Shown here piece by piece: positions 7,375 through 17,720 of a stretch of 28,602 nucleotides of DNA; position 1 is the first letter of the stretch; each line of letters opens with the position of its first letter. The DNA comes from Candidatus Collierbacteria bacterium RIFOXYD1_FULL_40_9 (lineage in GTDB: Bacteria; Patescibacteriota; Microgenomatia; UBA1400; MFAQ01), in contig MFAQ01000041.1 of NCBI GenBank assembly GCA_001776275.1, positions 54,057 through 82,658 on the forward strand, given 5' to 3'. The position numbers and the translations under genes are program-made. The notes under the pieces are model-generated. The model searched no databases. It saw only the letters and a list, made by a program, of their open reading frames with translations, and was not told the origin of the DNA.

Positions 7375-7698
7375 ATGTATTCTGGCATAAATAGAATGAC
7401 TCCAGAAATTGTAGCTTTTGAAAGTAAGACTTTTAAGGCTCTCGCCAATTCTAAAAGGTTAAATATTATTGATCTTTTGAGAGAGAGGGAAATGTGCGTG
7501 AGTAGTATAGCTACCCTAACGAATCTTAATCAGTGTAACGTATCCCAACATTTATTAATTTTACGAAATGCAAACCTGATATATGTGAAAAAAATTGGGA
7601 AAAATAACTTCTACAGGATTGCAAACAGGGCAATTTATGATGCCTTAGACTTGATAGCTGACACTCAAAGGAATAATAACAAAAATGAAAATAAGTAA
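7375..7698 (+). CDS. ArsR/SmtB family transcriptional regulator
   Basis: FKALANSKRLNIIDLL, VSQHLLILRNANL, FYRI wing motif. Confidence 0.9.
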   Translation: MYSGINRMTPEIVAFESKTFKALANSKRLNIIDLLREREMCVSSIATLTNLNQCNVSQHLLILRNANLIYVKKIGKNNFYRIANRAIYDALDLIADTQRNNNKNENK

Positions 7699-7810
7699 TA
7701 TTCCTAAAATATATTTTCTTCTCGGTCTTGTTGCGGTATTTGCTATCTTAAGTTTCAAATTTTCCTTAACTTCTAATCTTCCATTTGGGATACTTTTACG
7801 TTGTCACTAA
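7685..7810 (+). CDS. Small hydrophobic ORF (41 aa), possibly a truncated DUF2933-like protein
   Basis: Hand-translated MKISNIPKIYFLLGLVAVFAILSFKFSLTSNLPFGILLRCH; overlaps the ArsR stop. Confidence 0.35.
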   Translation: MKISNIPKIYFLLGLVAVFAILSFKFSLTSNLPFGILLRCH

Positions 7811-7837
7811 AAAAATATAAATGAGTTACGATTATTT

Positions 7838-8323
7838 ATGAACACGTTACCGCTTCACTACCAAGAAACTCTTTTTGTGCCGATTTCTCCTTCTGATTTA
7901 TTTAATTACATAGACGATCACAAGAATCTGTCCTCTCACATGAACAAACCCTCCCTGATGATGGGTGGAGGTGTGATGAAAACGATACTTGACGATGACC
8001 AAGGTAAAAAAGTCGGATCCCATATCAAGCTTGAAGGTTCTGCTTTCGGAATCCAAATCAAACTGGACGAAGTAGTCACCAAACACCTACCACCCTATTC
8101 CAAAACATGGGAAACCGTAGAATATCCACAATTGATAATCATAGGTAATTATCGAATGGGATTTGAAATTGAGCCATATGGAAATAATTCCAAATTTACG
8201 GTATTTATCGATTATGAATTACCCAAAGGAAAAACTAAATTGTTAGGAGTTCTCTTTAGCAGAATCTATGCCAGGTGGTGTGTCCGGCAGATTTCAACCA
8301 GTGCCCGTAACTTGACAATTTGA
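7838..8323 (+). CDS. SRPBCC/START-like family protein
   Basis: Size and pattern (LFNYIDDHKNLSSHM...YRMGFEIEP...IDYELP) typical of SRPBCC folds. Confidence 0.7.
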   Translation: MNTLPLHYQETLFVPISPSDLFNYIDDHKNLSSHMNKPSLMMGGGVMKTILDDDQGKKVGSHIKLEGSAFGIQIKLDEVVTKHLPPYSKTWETVEYPQLIIIGNYRMGFEIEPYGNNSKFTVFIDYELPKGKTKLLGVLFSRIYARWCVRQISTSARNLTI

Positions 8324-8348
8324 TATCGTACTACTACACTATGTAGTA
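8312..8348 (+). promoter_or_regulatory. Promoter TTGACA-N17-TACACT with operator TACTACA-CTA-TGTAGTA (8332-8348)
   Basis: Consensus -35 at 8312-8317; the operator is identical to the one at 7345 and abuts ATG 8348. Confidence 0.85.
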
Positions 8349-8590
8349 TGTTCGTTAATCTAAAGCATACAGTTTTTAATATATCCAATATCAAGTGTGA
8401 GTTTTGTCCAAAACTTTTGAAAAAGATGTTGATGGATTTCCCAGGAATACTAAAGGTTAGCTTTTCTTATTCAAATAATATCCTAACTGTCATACACGAC
8501 TCAGACATTGGGGATATCAAATTACTGATTCAGACAATCCGCGAAATCGGTTTCACAGCCATCTATAACCTCAGCTTTTCCCTCACCTAG
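8348..8590 (+). CDS. HMA-domain metal chaperone (CopZ-like)
   Basis: 80 aa, NIKCEFC (CxxC), C-terminal IREIGF. Confidence 0.8.
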   Translation: MFVNLKHTVFNISNIKCEFCPKLLKKMLMDFPGILKVSFSYSNNILTVIHDSDIGDIKLLIQTIREIGFTAIYNLSFSLT

Positions 8591-8604
8591 CCCCCCTGAT
8601 TGGA

Positions 8605-9006
8605 TTACGGTACATTTACGACAAAGTCCTTGTTTTTAGTGCTTCCATCCGGCATCGTCACTTTGGTACGGATTCTCCATGGACCTCTCATGGTCAAATT
8701 ACCCGTGGCAACATATCGTCCCTTACTCTGAAAAACAGCACTCCCTTGTTGGGTACCCATATTCATAGTGGTCATGTTTAGGTCAAATCCTACCGAGGCG
8801 TTATCAATGAGTTTACCTTCCTCACCCCTAACCTCAATGATAAAAGTTGCTTGTCCTGTCCGTAAGGGATTTGGATTCGTAAAGAGAGAAATAGCTTCAC
8901 CTCGCGTAGCAGCACCCAGAACCGATGCCGATTTTACTTTCCAACTCATGACCCCAATTAACCCTACCATGATAACCAAGGAAGCTAACAATATTTTATT
9001 ACTCAT
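8605..9006 (-). CDS. YtkA/FixH-like exported protein
   Basis: N-terminal TM, MTTMNMG motif, GRYVA...MRGPWRI pattern. Confidence 0.7.
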   Translation of the reverse strand: MSNKILLASLVIMVGLIGVMSWKVKSASVLGAATRGEAISLFTNPNPLRTGQATFIIEVRGEEGKLIDNASVGFDLNMTTMNMGTQQGSAVFQSKGRYVATGNLTMRGPWRIRTKVTMPDGSTKNKDFVVNVP

Positions 9007-9500
9007 CTTTTTAATTTATTTTTATAATTAATAGCACATAATTTATTTCGGCCCTTGATAAGCACAAAAAGGGAAATAGATAGGAACGCAAATGACAAAT
9101 ATGAAATCTCTGCCCCGCGAAATGGTAAATAAACCAGAGAACCGCTAAGTCCCAAAAGTGATAATATTGGCAGTCCACAAGCTATACATCCACTCCCAGC
9201 TATGCCCAGTAAAGAATTTCCACCAACCACTATTTGTAATTTATCAAATTTTTTAAGTATTCTGATTTTCTCAAAAAGCAGGCTAAGGTTTGCTCCTGTT
9301 AAGACCGCAATCAAAAACAAAAGTACCAGTCCGGATAGAGACGTCGATGTCCACATGCCCTGAATTAGAGACATTAATATCTGGATTTTGTAACTCAGTC
9401 CATAGCCTCCCGTCAAAGTATTTATTGCGAAACTACTATTCATTAACAGAGTAATAAGTAGCAGATACAGGCTAGAGATAATAGCAACAGAGAAAAACAT
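9003..9500 (-). CDS. Membrane protein with CxxC (GCIACG)
   Basis: About 4 TM helices, AGSGCIACGLP motif; coupled to DsbA upstream. Confidence 0.7.
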   Translation of the reverse strand: MFFSVAIISSLYLLLITLLMNSSFAINTLTGGYGLSYKIQILMSLIQGMWTSTSLSGLVLLFLIAVLTGANLSLLFEKIRILKKFDKLQIVVGGNSLLGIAGSGCIACGLPILSLLGLSGSLVYLPFRGAEISYLSFAFLSISLFVLIKGRNKLCAINYKNKLKR

Positions 9501-9503
9501 CTT

Positions 9504-10292
9504 TTACTTCAATAGTTCATCAATGACGGTCTTAAAAGCACTATACGGCTGGGCTCCGACAACTTTAATACCGTCAATCTCGCCATTACTCGTGGATTTA
9601 CCGATAAAGAAGGTCGGCGTACCCGAGGCCCCTACCTTTCCAGCGTCAGCCAAATCTTTATCCACTTCGGCTTTATACTCACCGGAGTCCAAACACTGCT
9701 GAAATTTACTCACGTTTAGTCCCAATTCTTTGGCTATGACTGGTAGTTGATCCAGGGCCAACCCTGTACCATTGGAGGTCGTTTTGGTAAATATCTGATC
9801 ATGATATTTGTAATAAGCAGTATCACTGCCTTGTTTTCTGGCACATTCTGCCGCCTCGGCTTCCTTGGGAGCATTTTGGTGGAATCCCAGAGGTAAATCT
9901 CGAAATACTAGCTTGACCTTGCCCGTATCGATGTAGTCCTTCTTAATTTGCGGATATGTATCGGTAAAATATTTTTTACAGAAAGGACATTCATAGTCCG
10001 AAAATTCAATCAAGGTAACCTTGGCCTTTTTGTCTCCCAAAGTCGGGTCGTCATCCACAGATACTTTTACCGGTGCACCATTATCTTCCGGAGCTTGTTG
10101 GGTCGGCGCATCATTACCATTGTTAGCTCCTAGTACCGGTTGACCAGCACCGGCTCTGAGGTATTTAACCTCACTCCAGAGAGAACCCAAGAAAAAGGAT
10201 GCGACAATTAGAAGAACCACCAATACTGGAGCATAACTATTAAATTTTGGGTTGGGACTCGAAACCACTTTTTTAACTTTTTCGACTGACAT
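9504..10292 (-). CDS. dsbA: DsbA-family (thioredoxin_4) oxidoreductase, membrane anchored
   Basis: EFSDYECPFC, FRDLPL, GTPTFFI, GAQPY. Confidence 0.9.
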   Translation of the reverse strand: MSVEKVKKVVSSPNPKFNSYAPVLVVLLIVASFFLGSLWSEVKYLRAGAGQPVLGANNGNDAPTQQAPEDNGAPVKVSVDDDPTLGDKKAKVTLIEFSDYECPFCKKYFTDTYPQIKKDYIDTGKVKLVFRDLPLGFHQNAPKEAEAAECARKQGSDTAYYKYHDQIFTKTTSNGTGLALDQLPVIAKELGLNVSKFQQCLDSGEYKAEVDKDLADAGKVGASGTPTFFIGKSTSNGEIDGIKVVGAQPYSAFKTVIDELLK

Positions 10293-10324
10293 ATATTTTG
10301 GATATAACTAATAAACAACTACCC

Positions 10325-10360
10325 TACTACAACTGTAGTAAAGAAATCAACAATTGTCAA
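10325..10360 (-). promoter_or_regulatory. Promoter TTGACA-N17-TACAGT with operator TACTACA-AC-TGTAGTA (10325-10340)
   Basis: 7-2-7 palindrome upstream of dsbA; -35 at 10360-10355. Confidence 0.8.
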
Positions 10361-10368
10361 CACCGCTT

Positions 10369-11319
10369 TTAGTTATGGGAAAATGAAGCCACTTCCATCT
10401 GTGATTCACAGATTTTTGTACAGCTTTTATCCTTTGAACACAAGAGAACAGCGTCTCCACCTCTGTCGTGATACTCAACCGCATTAACTCGACTGAGAGA
10501 TAATCCCACCAAAATTACCAGGGAGACAAGGCTTACGGCAATGTTAGTTATTGGAAATCTTCTTCTTTCGATTTTTTGATTAACCAATTTTTTAACTCTA
10601 TACTCCAAGGTATTCCATTCTCCTAAAGAGGGGCCAAAATTAAAGGTATTTTTGTGGCCATAACTCAGAATTTTATTTAGTACTGATATTAAAGATTTAG
10701 AATTTTTCATCCCCTTTATGGCCGCCTCATCAGCCCCAACCTCATTCAAAATGCGATATCTTTTAGAAATATCCGAAATCACTGGAAAAAATGGAAACAT
10801 TGTCTGTACGACGAAAGCAAAAAGGAAAGTAAGGGCATCCTTGTTTTCTAGGTGGTATCTTTCATGTCTTATGACCGCTTCCAATTCAATCTCAGAAAGA
10901 ATATTAACTAAACCCGTTGATACATAAATCTTAGTATTAAAAAAGCCAAAACAAAAAGCAGATGGATGGTCGCTCTGATAAACAAATAACTTATCTTGAA
11001 GTCCTAGTTTTTTAGCCGTCTTTTTTACTACGGTACTTCGAACAGTTGATACAGATAAATTTCTACCAATCTTCAAAGTTTTTATCATAGTCACCACTAA
11101 TTTTATAGTTATATACAAAAGCGTAACCAGAAATACCATCAGACAGGCTTCTCCTAAATTATTTGGCAATCTTATCGGCAAACCGTCAATTACCTGCTGG
11201 CAGTAATAAATCGACTGGTGAAAAAATATGAGAACATACTTCCGAAAAAGGCTTCCCATCATAACGAGAGAGAAAACAAAAAAACTGATCAGAACGATGA
11301 GGTATCTACTTGCTTTCAT
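10369..11319 (-). CDS. M56 family metallopeptidase (BlaR1/MecR1-like, no penicillin-binding domain)
   Basis: SAFCFGFF, HERYH (HExxH), EVGADE; located downstream of a BlaI gene. Confidence 0.88.
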   Translation of the reverse strand: MKASRYLIVLISFFVFSLVMMGSLFRKYVLIFFHQSIYYCQQVIDGLPIRLPNNLGEACLMVFLVTLLYITIKLVVTMIKTLKIGRNLSVSTVRSTVVKKTAKKLGLQDKLFVYQSDHPSAFCFGFFNTKIYVSTGLVNILSEIELEAVIRHERYHLENKDALTFLFAFVVQTMFPFFPVISDISKRYRILNEVGADEAAIKGMKNSKSLISVLNKILSYGHKNTFNFGPSLGEWNTLEYRVKKLVNQKIERRRFPITNIAVSLVSLVILVGLSLSRVNAVEYHDRGGDAVLLCSKDKSCTKICESQMEVASFSHN

Positions 11320-11683
11320 GGGTACCCAAAAGTTTTAACAAATCTTCTTTTTTTTCTTTTGGCAAACTTTCGACTGATTCGGCGAACGAAACTATTGCAG
11401 ACTCCCCGAACGAATCAAAAAAGTTATTAAAAAAAGATTTGGCAATCTTTTTACTATATTCTTCGCTAGAGGACTTTGGCGAGAAGACAAATACGTTCCC
11501 TTCACTTTTCCTTTTAACCATTCCCTTTTTATAGAGGCGATCCAGTAAGGTTGCCACTGTCGTGTAAGCCAAAGGTTTGACCTTCTCAAATTTTTTTACC
11601 ACGTCTCGAGCATGGCATTTTTTAAGCTTCCAAACCACAACCATCACCTCTTGCTCTAATGGACTTAACTTTCTTTCTATCAT
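11306..11683 (-). CDS. BlaI/MecI/CopY family repressor
   Basis: LSPLEQEVMVVVW, LAYTTVATLLDRLYKKG. Confidence 0.92.
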   Translation of the reverse strand: MIERKLSPLEQEVMVVVWKLKKCHARDVVKKFEKVKPLAYTTVATLLDRLYKKGMVKRKSEGNVFVFSPKSSSEEYSKKIAKSFFNNFFDSFGESAIVSFAESVESLPKEKKEDLLKLLGTHESK

Positions 11684-11687
11684 AATA

Positions 11688-11703
11688 TACTACTATTGTA
11701 GTA
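11688..11703 (-). promoter_or_regulatory. BlaI/CopY-type operator (7-2-7, one mismatch) upstream of repressor 1
   Basis: TACTACT-AT-TGTAGTA; minus-strand -10 TACAAT lies inside it. Confidence 0.75.
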
Positions 11704-11797
11704 CATCTGACCAAAAAAAGATCTTTCTGAAAATTATAGTTAGATTGTATACAATGATACATATAACCAACTTGTTATTATTTACAAAACAAAGTTA

Positions 11798-12442
11798 ATG
11801 AAAAACAACAATTTACTCAACGGTGGGGCTTTGGTGTATATAGTCCTCGGTCTCCTTGCCGGAGCTCTCATCACTTCTGTCTTCATATATCCAAACAGAT
11901 CAGGCTATGGTGGTCCCGGATATATGATGAATTCCTGGAATAAAACTTCTTCTAACTCCAATATCGACCGCCACTTTATCGAACAAATGATTCCCCATCA
12001 TGAAGATGCAATTACCATGGCAAACTCCGCCCTAAAAAAATCCAAGAAACCGGAAATAAAAACTCTGGCACAGAATATCTTAAAAAGCCAAGGTGAAGAG
12101 ATAGCTCAGATGACACAGTGGTATGGAGAGTGGTTCGGAGGAGAGGTACCTAGTGGAGCTTCCCAGATGGGTACTCATGGCATGATGGGCTCCGGAAGAA
12201 GTATGCACATGGGTTTACTGGGGAACGAAACAGATATTCTTTCTCTGGACTCAGCCCCAGACTTCGACAAAGAATTTATTAGACAGATGATCCCTCATCA
12301 TCAGATGGCTGTCATGATGGCAACGATGCTCGAAAACAGCACCGACAAATCTGAAATGAAACAACTGGCCAATAACATCATCACCGCCCAAAACAAAGAA
12401 ATCGCCGACATGCGTTCTTGGTACTCCGCTTGGTACAAGTAA
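11798..12442 (+). CDS. DUF305 (CopM-like) exported Met/His-rich metal-binding protein
   Basis: Duplicated FIxQMIPHH motif; EIAQM/EIADM...WY. Confidence 0.9.
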   Translation: MKNNNLLNGGALVYIVLGLLAGALITSVFIYPNRSGYGGPGYMMNSWNKTSSNSNIDRHFIEQMIPHHEDAITMANSALKKSKKPEIKTLAQNILKSQGEEIAQMTQWYGEWFGGEVPSGASQMGTHGMMGSGRSMHMGLLGNETDILSLDSAPDFDKEFIRQMIPHHQMAVMMATMLENSTDKSEMKQLANNIITAQNKEIADMRSWYSAWYK

Positions 12443-12462
12443 ACATTTTTCTCAAGCCAACT

Positions 12463-12491
12463 AAAAAGCCCGGATTTCTCCGGGCTTTTTT
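12463..12491. terminator. Bidirectional intrinsic terminator between convergent genes
   Basis: AAAAAGCCCGGA-TTTC-TCCGGGCTTTTTT. Confidence 0.88.
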
Positions 12492-12510
12492 ACTGGTGCT
12501 TCTTACCTAG

Positions 12511-15500
12511 TTATTTGGTCTGCATACTTGCCAAATAGTTATCCTTAAACTGCTTCGTCACGAAGTGCATCTCATCGAGAACTGTGAAGTTCTTTTTGGC
12601 TACACCGGCGACCATCACATCACTACCAAACAATCCGGTAATTCTGTCTTGAGTACTGGAAAACAAATTCTCTTTTTTCATCATAGAGGCTTCGTTGTAA
12701 CCAATATACACAGGTAGGAACTCTTTCCCCTCTATGTTGTAACTTAGCTTATAAGGATCAACCATTGCCTTAATCTGCTCCGGAATGTTATTTCCGTCAT
12801 AGATATAGAAGAATTTTAGTTCCCCATATGGAGTCTGGGTGACGACCAAGTCGGATCCTTCCAACTTAGCAAAGGCTTCTTTATTCATAACATGGTACTC
12901 ATCGAGCATCGTATTGGTAGGAGCCAAAATTCCGGCGACTCTTACTTTGGGAACTCCGAAGAAGCCATTTATTTCATCTCCGACTTTGCTAAACAGACCT
13001 TCCTCCAACATCATCTCGGCTTCCTTACTACCGATTAATATTCCCGGAATCTCTCCGGCTAGATCCAGACTGCCTTCAGCGACTTTAATATTGCCGTTAA
13101 CTACACCTGCATTCAGGAATAACTTTGTTTGACCTTCCTCTGTGATCAACACTTTGGATTCTCCCGTTGTTAACAGGTCTGCGATCAAAGTATTTATTCC
13201 CGGTTGTGTTTGCGCATATGTCTTAACAACTCCCATATTTTCTTTTGTAGAGATCGAAGCAAACTCCCAGAACACAAACAGGAAGGCGGTGGTCATGACT
13301 ACAGGTGCAAACTTTGATAACAAGTTCCATCCCTTGGGGCTAAATCTTTTTAGCACCAGTGAATTACTTACAACGGACACTGAAGATAGTGCCATAGCGA
13401 GACCAGCAAGTTCCGGCTTAAGTATTAAACCTATTCCTGCAAAGACTCTCGCAGCTACCGGGATTCCGAGAACGTTGTAAAATAAAGCAAAGAACATGTT
13501 TTGTCTTATTTTGTTTACAGTCTCTTCGCTTAGCTTAATCGCGGTAAGAACTCCGTTCAAATCATTATTCATGATAATAATTCCACCGGATTCGAGAGCG
13601 ATGTCTGCGCCGGATGCCATAGCGATTCCGAGGTCAGACTGGACCAGAGCAGGTGAGTCATTAATTCCATCACCAACCATGGCAACTGTCTTACCCATTT
13701 CCTGAAGTTTTTTAACTTCCTCTGCTTTATTTTGAGGAAGTACCTCAGCCAAAATATTGGTAATACCAATCTGTTTTGCTATTGCGTTTGCAGTCCTACG
13801 GTTATCGCCGGTGATCATGTAAACATCAATCCCCTTGTCTTGTAGTTTCTTGACCACGTCGACTGTAGATTCTTTTACCTGATCAGCAACCGCAATTATG
13901 CCCAATATCTGATCTTTATTTGCGATCATCATGGCTGTCTTACCATCTTCTTCCAGTCTTTCTAGGTCCATAAAGGAGATGGCTTGAACTTTCTTTTGTT
14001 CCATTAATCTCCTATTACCGATGTAATAAGTCTGCCCAGCTACTACCGCTTCTACGCCATGACCCGGTATTGCTTGGAAAGATTCGACCGGAGTTTGTAA
14101 ATCCACTGAAGAGATTCTGGTCTTACAGTAATCCACAATGGCAGCGGCCAATGGATGCTCAGACTTTGCTTCAACAGCGTTGAGTACTGTCAGAATTCCC
14201 TGCTCCGGCTGGTTGGAATAGTTAATAAAGTTGGTTACTTCGGGTTTACCCTTAGTCAGAGTTCCTGTTTTATCAAACACAATTGCATCAATCTTGCAGG
14301 CGGTTTCCAAAGGCTCTCCTCCCTTAATCAATATTCCCAGTTCTGCCCCCTTGCCCGTCGCTACCATGATGGCAGTTGGTGTTGCGAGACCTAAGGCACA
14401 GGGACAAGCGATTACGATTACTGATACAAATGCCAGCAGAGCGAAGGTCAGTGGCAAGCCGAGAATAAAGTACCAGACTACAAAAGTTAATAGCGCGATA
14501 CCGATGACAACCGGCACAAATATCGAAGATATTTTATCCGCGAATCCTTGGATTGGTGCTTTAGACCCTTGTGCATCTTCAATGAGTCTCACAATCTGTG
14601 ACAGAACAGTATCGGCTCCGACCTTACTAACCTTGAACTCAAAACTGCCTGTCTTATTAATAGTTGCGGTATAAACTTTGCTACCCTCGTGTTTTTCGAC
14701 CGGAATACTTTCACCTGTTAAAGCGGATTCATCTACCGCACTATTGCCGGACACGATTACTCCATCAACAGGTACTCTCTCCCCGGGGCGGACAAGGACT
14801 ATATCTCCGACAACCACTTGTTCTATCGGTAAATCTTCAGGCATACCATTTCTCATGACTCTTGCAGTTTTTGGAGCCAGTCCCATCAGTTTTTCAATAG
14901 CCTGAGACGTCTTTCCTTTAGCTTTTGCTTCTAGCCACTTACCGAGTGCCACGAATGTAATTAGCAGTGATGCCACCTCGAAATATAGATTTCCTATCTT
15001 CATTCCATTTAATCCGTAGATGGATCCGGTTTCTACTGCAAACTTCAAAAACTCGTACAAACTATATACATACGCAGTTAGAGTTCCAATAGCAATCAAG
15101 CTGTCCATGCTAAAGGTTTTCATTTTGGCAGCTGAAATTGCACCTTTGATGAAGTTATTACCTACCCAAAACTGCACCGGGGTAGCAAGCACCAATGAAA
15201 TTATTCCGCTGACCGGCATTATCACCTTGGCAAAAGGTAGTCCTGCTACAAAGTCATAGACCATAAAGGCAACCATTGGCAAACTAAAAAGCAGTCCAGT
15301 AATAAATTTTCTGCCCCAGTATTTAATCTCCAAAGTTCTTTTCTCATTTTCGCTGACTCCCAGTGTCTCTTCTGGTAGAGTTGCTGTATATCCTGTTCTT
15401 TTTACTGATTCTTTGAGTTCACTAGGGTTGACCAATTGAGACTGGAATTTAATTCTGGCTTTACTAGTCGCAAAATTTACATTGGCTTCTGTCACACCTT

Positions 15501-15891
15501 TTGTTTTCAATAGTGACTTTTCAATGAGACCCGCACAGCTACTGCAGTGCATTCCGGAAATGTTTAAGTATGCAATTTGACTATCTGATTTTTCTACTTC
15601 CTGAGGTTCATCTTCCTCCACACTCAATACCTCTTCAACTACATTTTTCTCAATGTGACTGACACCATTTCCAGAGATTGGTTTGGCTGTGTAGCCCGCC
15701 TCTTTAATATTTTTTATCAATTTATCCTCTGAAATATTTTTCGGATTGTATTCCACATCTACTTGCTTCGTAGCCAAAGCGGCATTAACAGACTTCACTC
15801 CTTTTAGTCCCTTAAGATTCAAAGAAATGAGTTTTGGGCAGGACTCGCAGTGCATATCCGCGACTGCAAATGAAGTTTGTTTATAGTTCAT
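12511..15891 (-). CDS. copA: Cu+-exporting P1B ATPase with two HMA domains and a long C-terminal extension (start moved to ATG 15891)
   Basis: MHCESC and [35 protein letters not shown]. The upstream ATG in the track overlaps the copZ gene. Confidence 0.93.
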   Translation of the reverse strand: MNYKQTSFAVADMHCESCPKLISLNLKGLKGVKSVNAALATKQVDVEYNPKNISEDKLIKNIKEAGYTAKPISGNGVSHIEKNVVEEVLSVEEDEPQEVEKSDSQIAYLNISGMHCSSCAGLIEKSLLKTKGVTEANVNFATSKARIKFQSQLVNPSELKESVKRTGYTATLPEETLGVSENEKRTLEIKYWGRKFITGLLFSLPMVAFMVYDFVAGLPFAKVIMPVSGIISLVLATPVQFWVGNNFIKGAISAAKMKTFSMDSLIAIGTLTAYVYSLYEFLKFAVETGSIYGLNGMKIGNLYFEVASLLITFVALGKWLEAKAKGKTSQAIEKLMGLAPKTARVMRNGMPEDLPIEQVVVGDIVLVRPGERVPVDGVIVSGNSAVDESALTGESIPVEKHEGSKVYTATINKTGSFEFKVSKVGADTVLSQIVRLIEDAQGSKAPIQGFADKISSIFVPVVIGIALLTFVVWYFILGLPLTFALLAFVSVIVIACPCALGLATPTAIMVATGKGAELGILIKGGEPLETACKIDAIVFDKTGTLTKGKPEVTNFINYSNQPEQGILTVLNAVEAKSEHPLAAAIVDYCKTRISSVDLQTPVESFQAIPGHGVEAVVAGQTYYIGNRRLMEQKKVQAISFMDLERLEEDGKTAMMIANKDQILGIIAVADQVKESTVDVVKKLQDKGIDVYMITGDNRRTANAIAKQIGITNILAEVLPQNKAEEVKKLQEMGKTVAMVGDGINDSPALVQSDLGIAMASGADIALESGGIIIMNNDLNGVLTAIKLSEETVNKIRQNMFFALFYNVLGIPVAARVFAGIGLILKPELAGLAMALSSVSVVSNSLVLKRFSPKGWNLLSKFAPVVMTTAFLFVFWEFASISTKENMGVVKTYAQTQPGINTLIADLLTTGESKVLITEEGQTKLFLNAGVVNGNIKVAEGSLDLAGEIPGILIGSKEAEMMLEEGLFSKVGDEINGFFGVPKVRVAGILAPTNTMLDEYHVMNKEAFAKLEGSDLVVTQTPYGELKFFYIYDGNNIPEQIKAMVDPYKLSYNIEGKEFLPVYIGYNEASMMKKENLFSSTQDRITGLFGSDVMVAGVAKKNFTVLDEMHFVTKQFKDNYLASMQTK

Positions 15892-15898
15892 ATATTTT

Positions 15899-16117
15899 TT
15901 ATTTGGTAATAGTGGCTGTATAGCCGGTTTCCTCAATAGCGCTGATTAATAATTCGGGAGACACTTTTTCGGTGTGACTGACAATGACGGTCTTGTCTTT
16001 AAGTGAGGCATTAGAACTGACGACTCCGGGGATCTCTTCCAAAGTAATATTGATTAATTTGGGACATGACTCGCAGTGCATATCCGGTACCGAGAACTTT
16101 ATTGTTTTTGTGCTCAT
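15899..16117 (-). CDS. copZ: HMA-domain copper chaperone
   Basis: 72 aa, DMHCESC, AIEETGY. Confidence 0.9.
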   Translation of the reverse strand: MSTKTIKFSVPDMHCESCPKLINITLEEIPGVVSSNASLKDKTVIVSHTEKVSPELLISAIEETGYTATITK

Positions 16118-16122
16118 GTTTT

Positions 16123-17679
16123 TTAATTTATTGATAATTTATTTGCCCCACAAGATCCACTTCCTCCTCCGCCACCACAACCACATCCCTTCGCCCCACT
16201 CTCTACAGGAAGGGCGTCAGCACCTACAGAACCAGCATCGTCTAGGACTTCAATCGTTCCCGACACCATTCCCATCCAACAGGTAAATTTATATACACCG
16301 GCTTTATTAGGAGTAAATTCTTTAATAGATACTTGACCAGGTGTTAAGTCTATCTGACCTTCAAAGAGTTTCGAAATAATCGCATTAGTACATCCACTTG
16401 TTCCGGTATCTGTAACCTCCATCTTCGTTGGAACGCCGACTCTGATCTGGAACCGATTAGGTGAATATCCACTGGCTGACGCATTCAATTTAATTATTTG
16501 TTTTCCCCCAACTAACGGCACGAAATTTGCCTTGCCGGTGGTAGTCGTCTTTCCTAGCACCTGTTTTGTTCCAATTCCAGAGATGATATCTCCAGCGTTT
16601 GATAATCCCAAAACTGATAACTGGCTATTGATATTAAAAGCCGAGAATGCCAAGACCAGTAATCCTGCCACTGTCGAGAAGTTTTTTGAGGTATTTTTAT
16701 TCGCCAGCATTTTGGTACTTCCAAGCCCGATTGCCAATAGTCCTGGAACTGTACCCAGAGCAAATAGACCCATTATCATCGCTCCCTGCAAAGGCGATCC
16801 CGAAGCTAAAGCCAAAGCTTGTGCTGTCACTGTAAAACCACAAGGTAAAAAGAAAGTTAAAGCTCCCATAAACAGCGGTGCGAGTTTTCCCTGATAGTTA
16901 TTTTCATCAGAAACTTTTCTTGTCACAGATTTGGGCAGTCTAAATTGGAATTTATTAGCCGCTTTCACACCGATCATCTGTAATCCAAGCAGCACCATCA
17001 CAATAGACACAGCAATAACTAACATTGCCGAAAACGATGGTGATAGGCGGAAAAAGTTTCCAACCAAACCAAGTACCGCCCCCAACAATCCGTAACCAGC
17101 AACCCTACCGATATTGAATAATATATGGGGTTCAGATTTAGTCACCATCGAGTCATCATCAGCATACCTTGACATCCATTGCTTTGACATCGACAGAACC
17201 AAACCGCCAACCAATGCAGCACAGCTTGAAACTCCAGCCAATAGACCAAAGAGAAAAAACACGGGAAGTGTCGAACTTGCGTTGACCGAAATTAGCGAAG
17301 ATAGTCCAGTTTTTTGCAGTATATAAAAACCCATCAGGAAAAGTCCTGCGATCAAAAATGGCTGGTATTTATTCGAACCGGTGTCTGATTCGTCTGAATC
17401 AACAGAACAGGCTGTTACCACACCAGTCTTTTTCACTCCAAATGGTTTACTGGAAAACGTGTAACCATCCTCTCCAAAGTAATCATTGAAGGCTTCGGGA
17501 GAATAAGAGTCATTTCCTTTTGTTACAACGAGCAAAGTCCCTTTTGAGAGTGATACATCAGCACTTACAACATCTTCTATTTTCTTTAGTTTTTTTTCAA
17601 TAATGAGCTCGCAAGAAGCACAATGCAGCCCTTTTATGAAGTATTTAGTGAGAGTGGTTTTACCCTTATTTTTGGACAT
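16123..17679 (-). CDS. HMA + DsbD_2/TauE-SafE-like membrane domain + cupredoxin-like domain protein
   Basis: GLHCASC, SSCAALVGG, FFLPCG, FTCWMGM, Cys/Gly tail. Confidence 0.88.
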   Translation of the reverse strand: MSKNKGKTTLTKYFIKGLHCASCELIIEKKLKKIEDVVSADVSLSKGTLLVVTKGNDSYSPEAFNDYFGEDGYTFSSKPFGVKKTGVVTACSVDSDESDTGSNKYQPFLIAGLFLMGFYILQKTGLSSLISVNASSTLPVFFLFGLLAGVSSCAALVGGLVLSMSKQWMSRYADDDSMVTKSEPHILFNIGRVAGYGLLGAVLGLVGNFFRLSPSFSAMLVIAVSIVMVLLGLQMIGVKAANKFQFRLPKSVTRKVSDENNYQGKLAPLFMGALTFFLPCGFTVTAQALALASGSPLQGAMIMGLFALGTVPGLLAIGLGSTKMLANKNTSKNFSTVAGLLVLAFSAFNINSQLSVLGLSNAGDIISGIGTKQVLGKTTTTGKANFVPLVGGKQIIKLNASASGYSPNRFQIRVGVPTKMEVTDTGTSGCTNAIISKLFEGQIDLTPGQVSIKEFTPNKAGVYKFTCWMGMVSGTIEVLDDAGSVGADALPVESGAKGCGCGGGGGSGSCGANKLSIN

Positions 17680-17715
17680 ACTACATAGTGTAGTAGGTCT
17701 TTACTATCCTGTCAA
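17679..17715 (-). promoter_or_regulatory. Promoter TTGACA-N17-TACACT with operator (17679-17695), an exact reverse complement of the 7345/8332 box
   Basis: Plus strand TACTACATAGTGTAGTA abutting the start codon; -35 at 17715-17710. Confidence 0.85.
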
Positions 17716-17720
17716 GTGGG

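Noticed and set aside
11744-11755. Palindrome ATTGTATACAAT upstream of DUF305 as a seventh operator
   Set aside because: The arms are in the opposite arrangement (TGTA-TACA) to the TACA..TGTA boxes and occur once; it may be a site for another regulator but this is unsupported.
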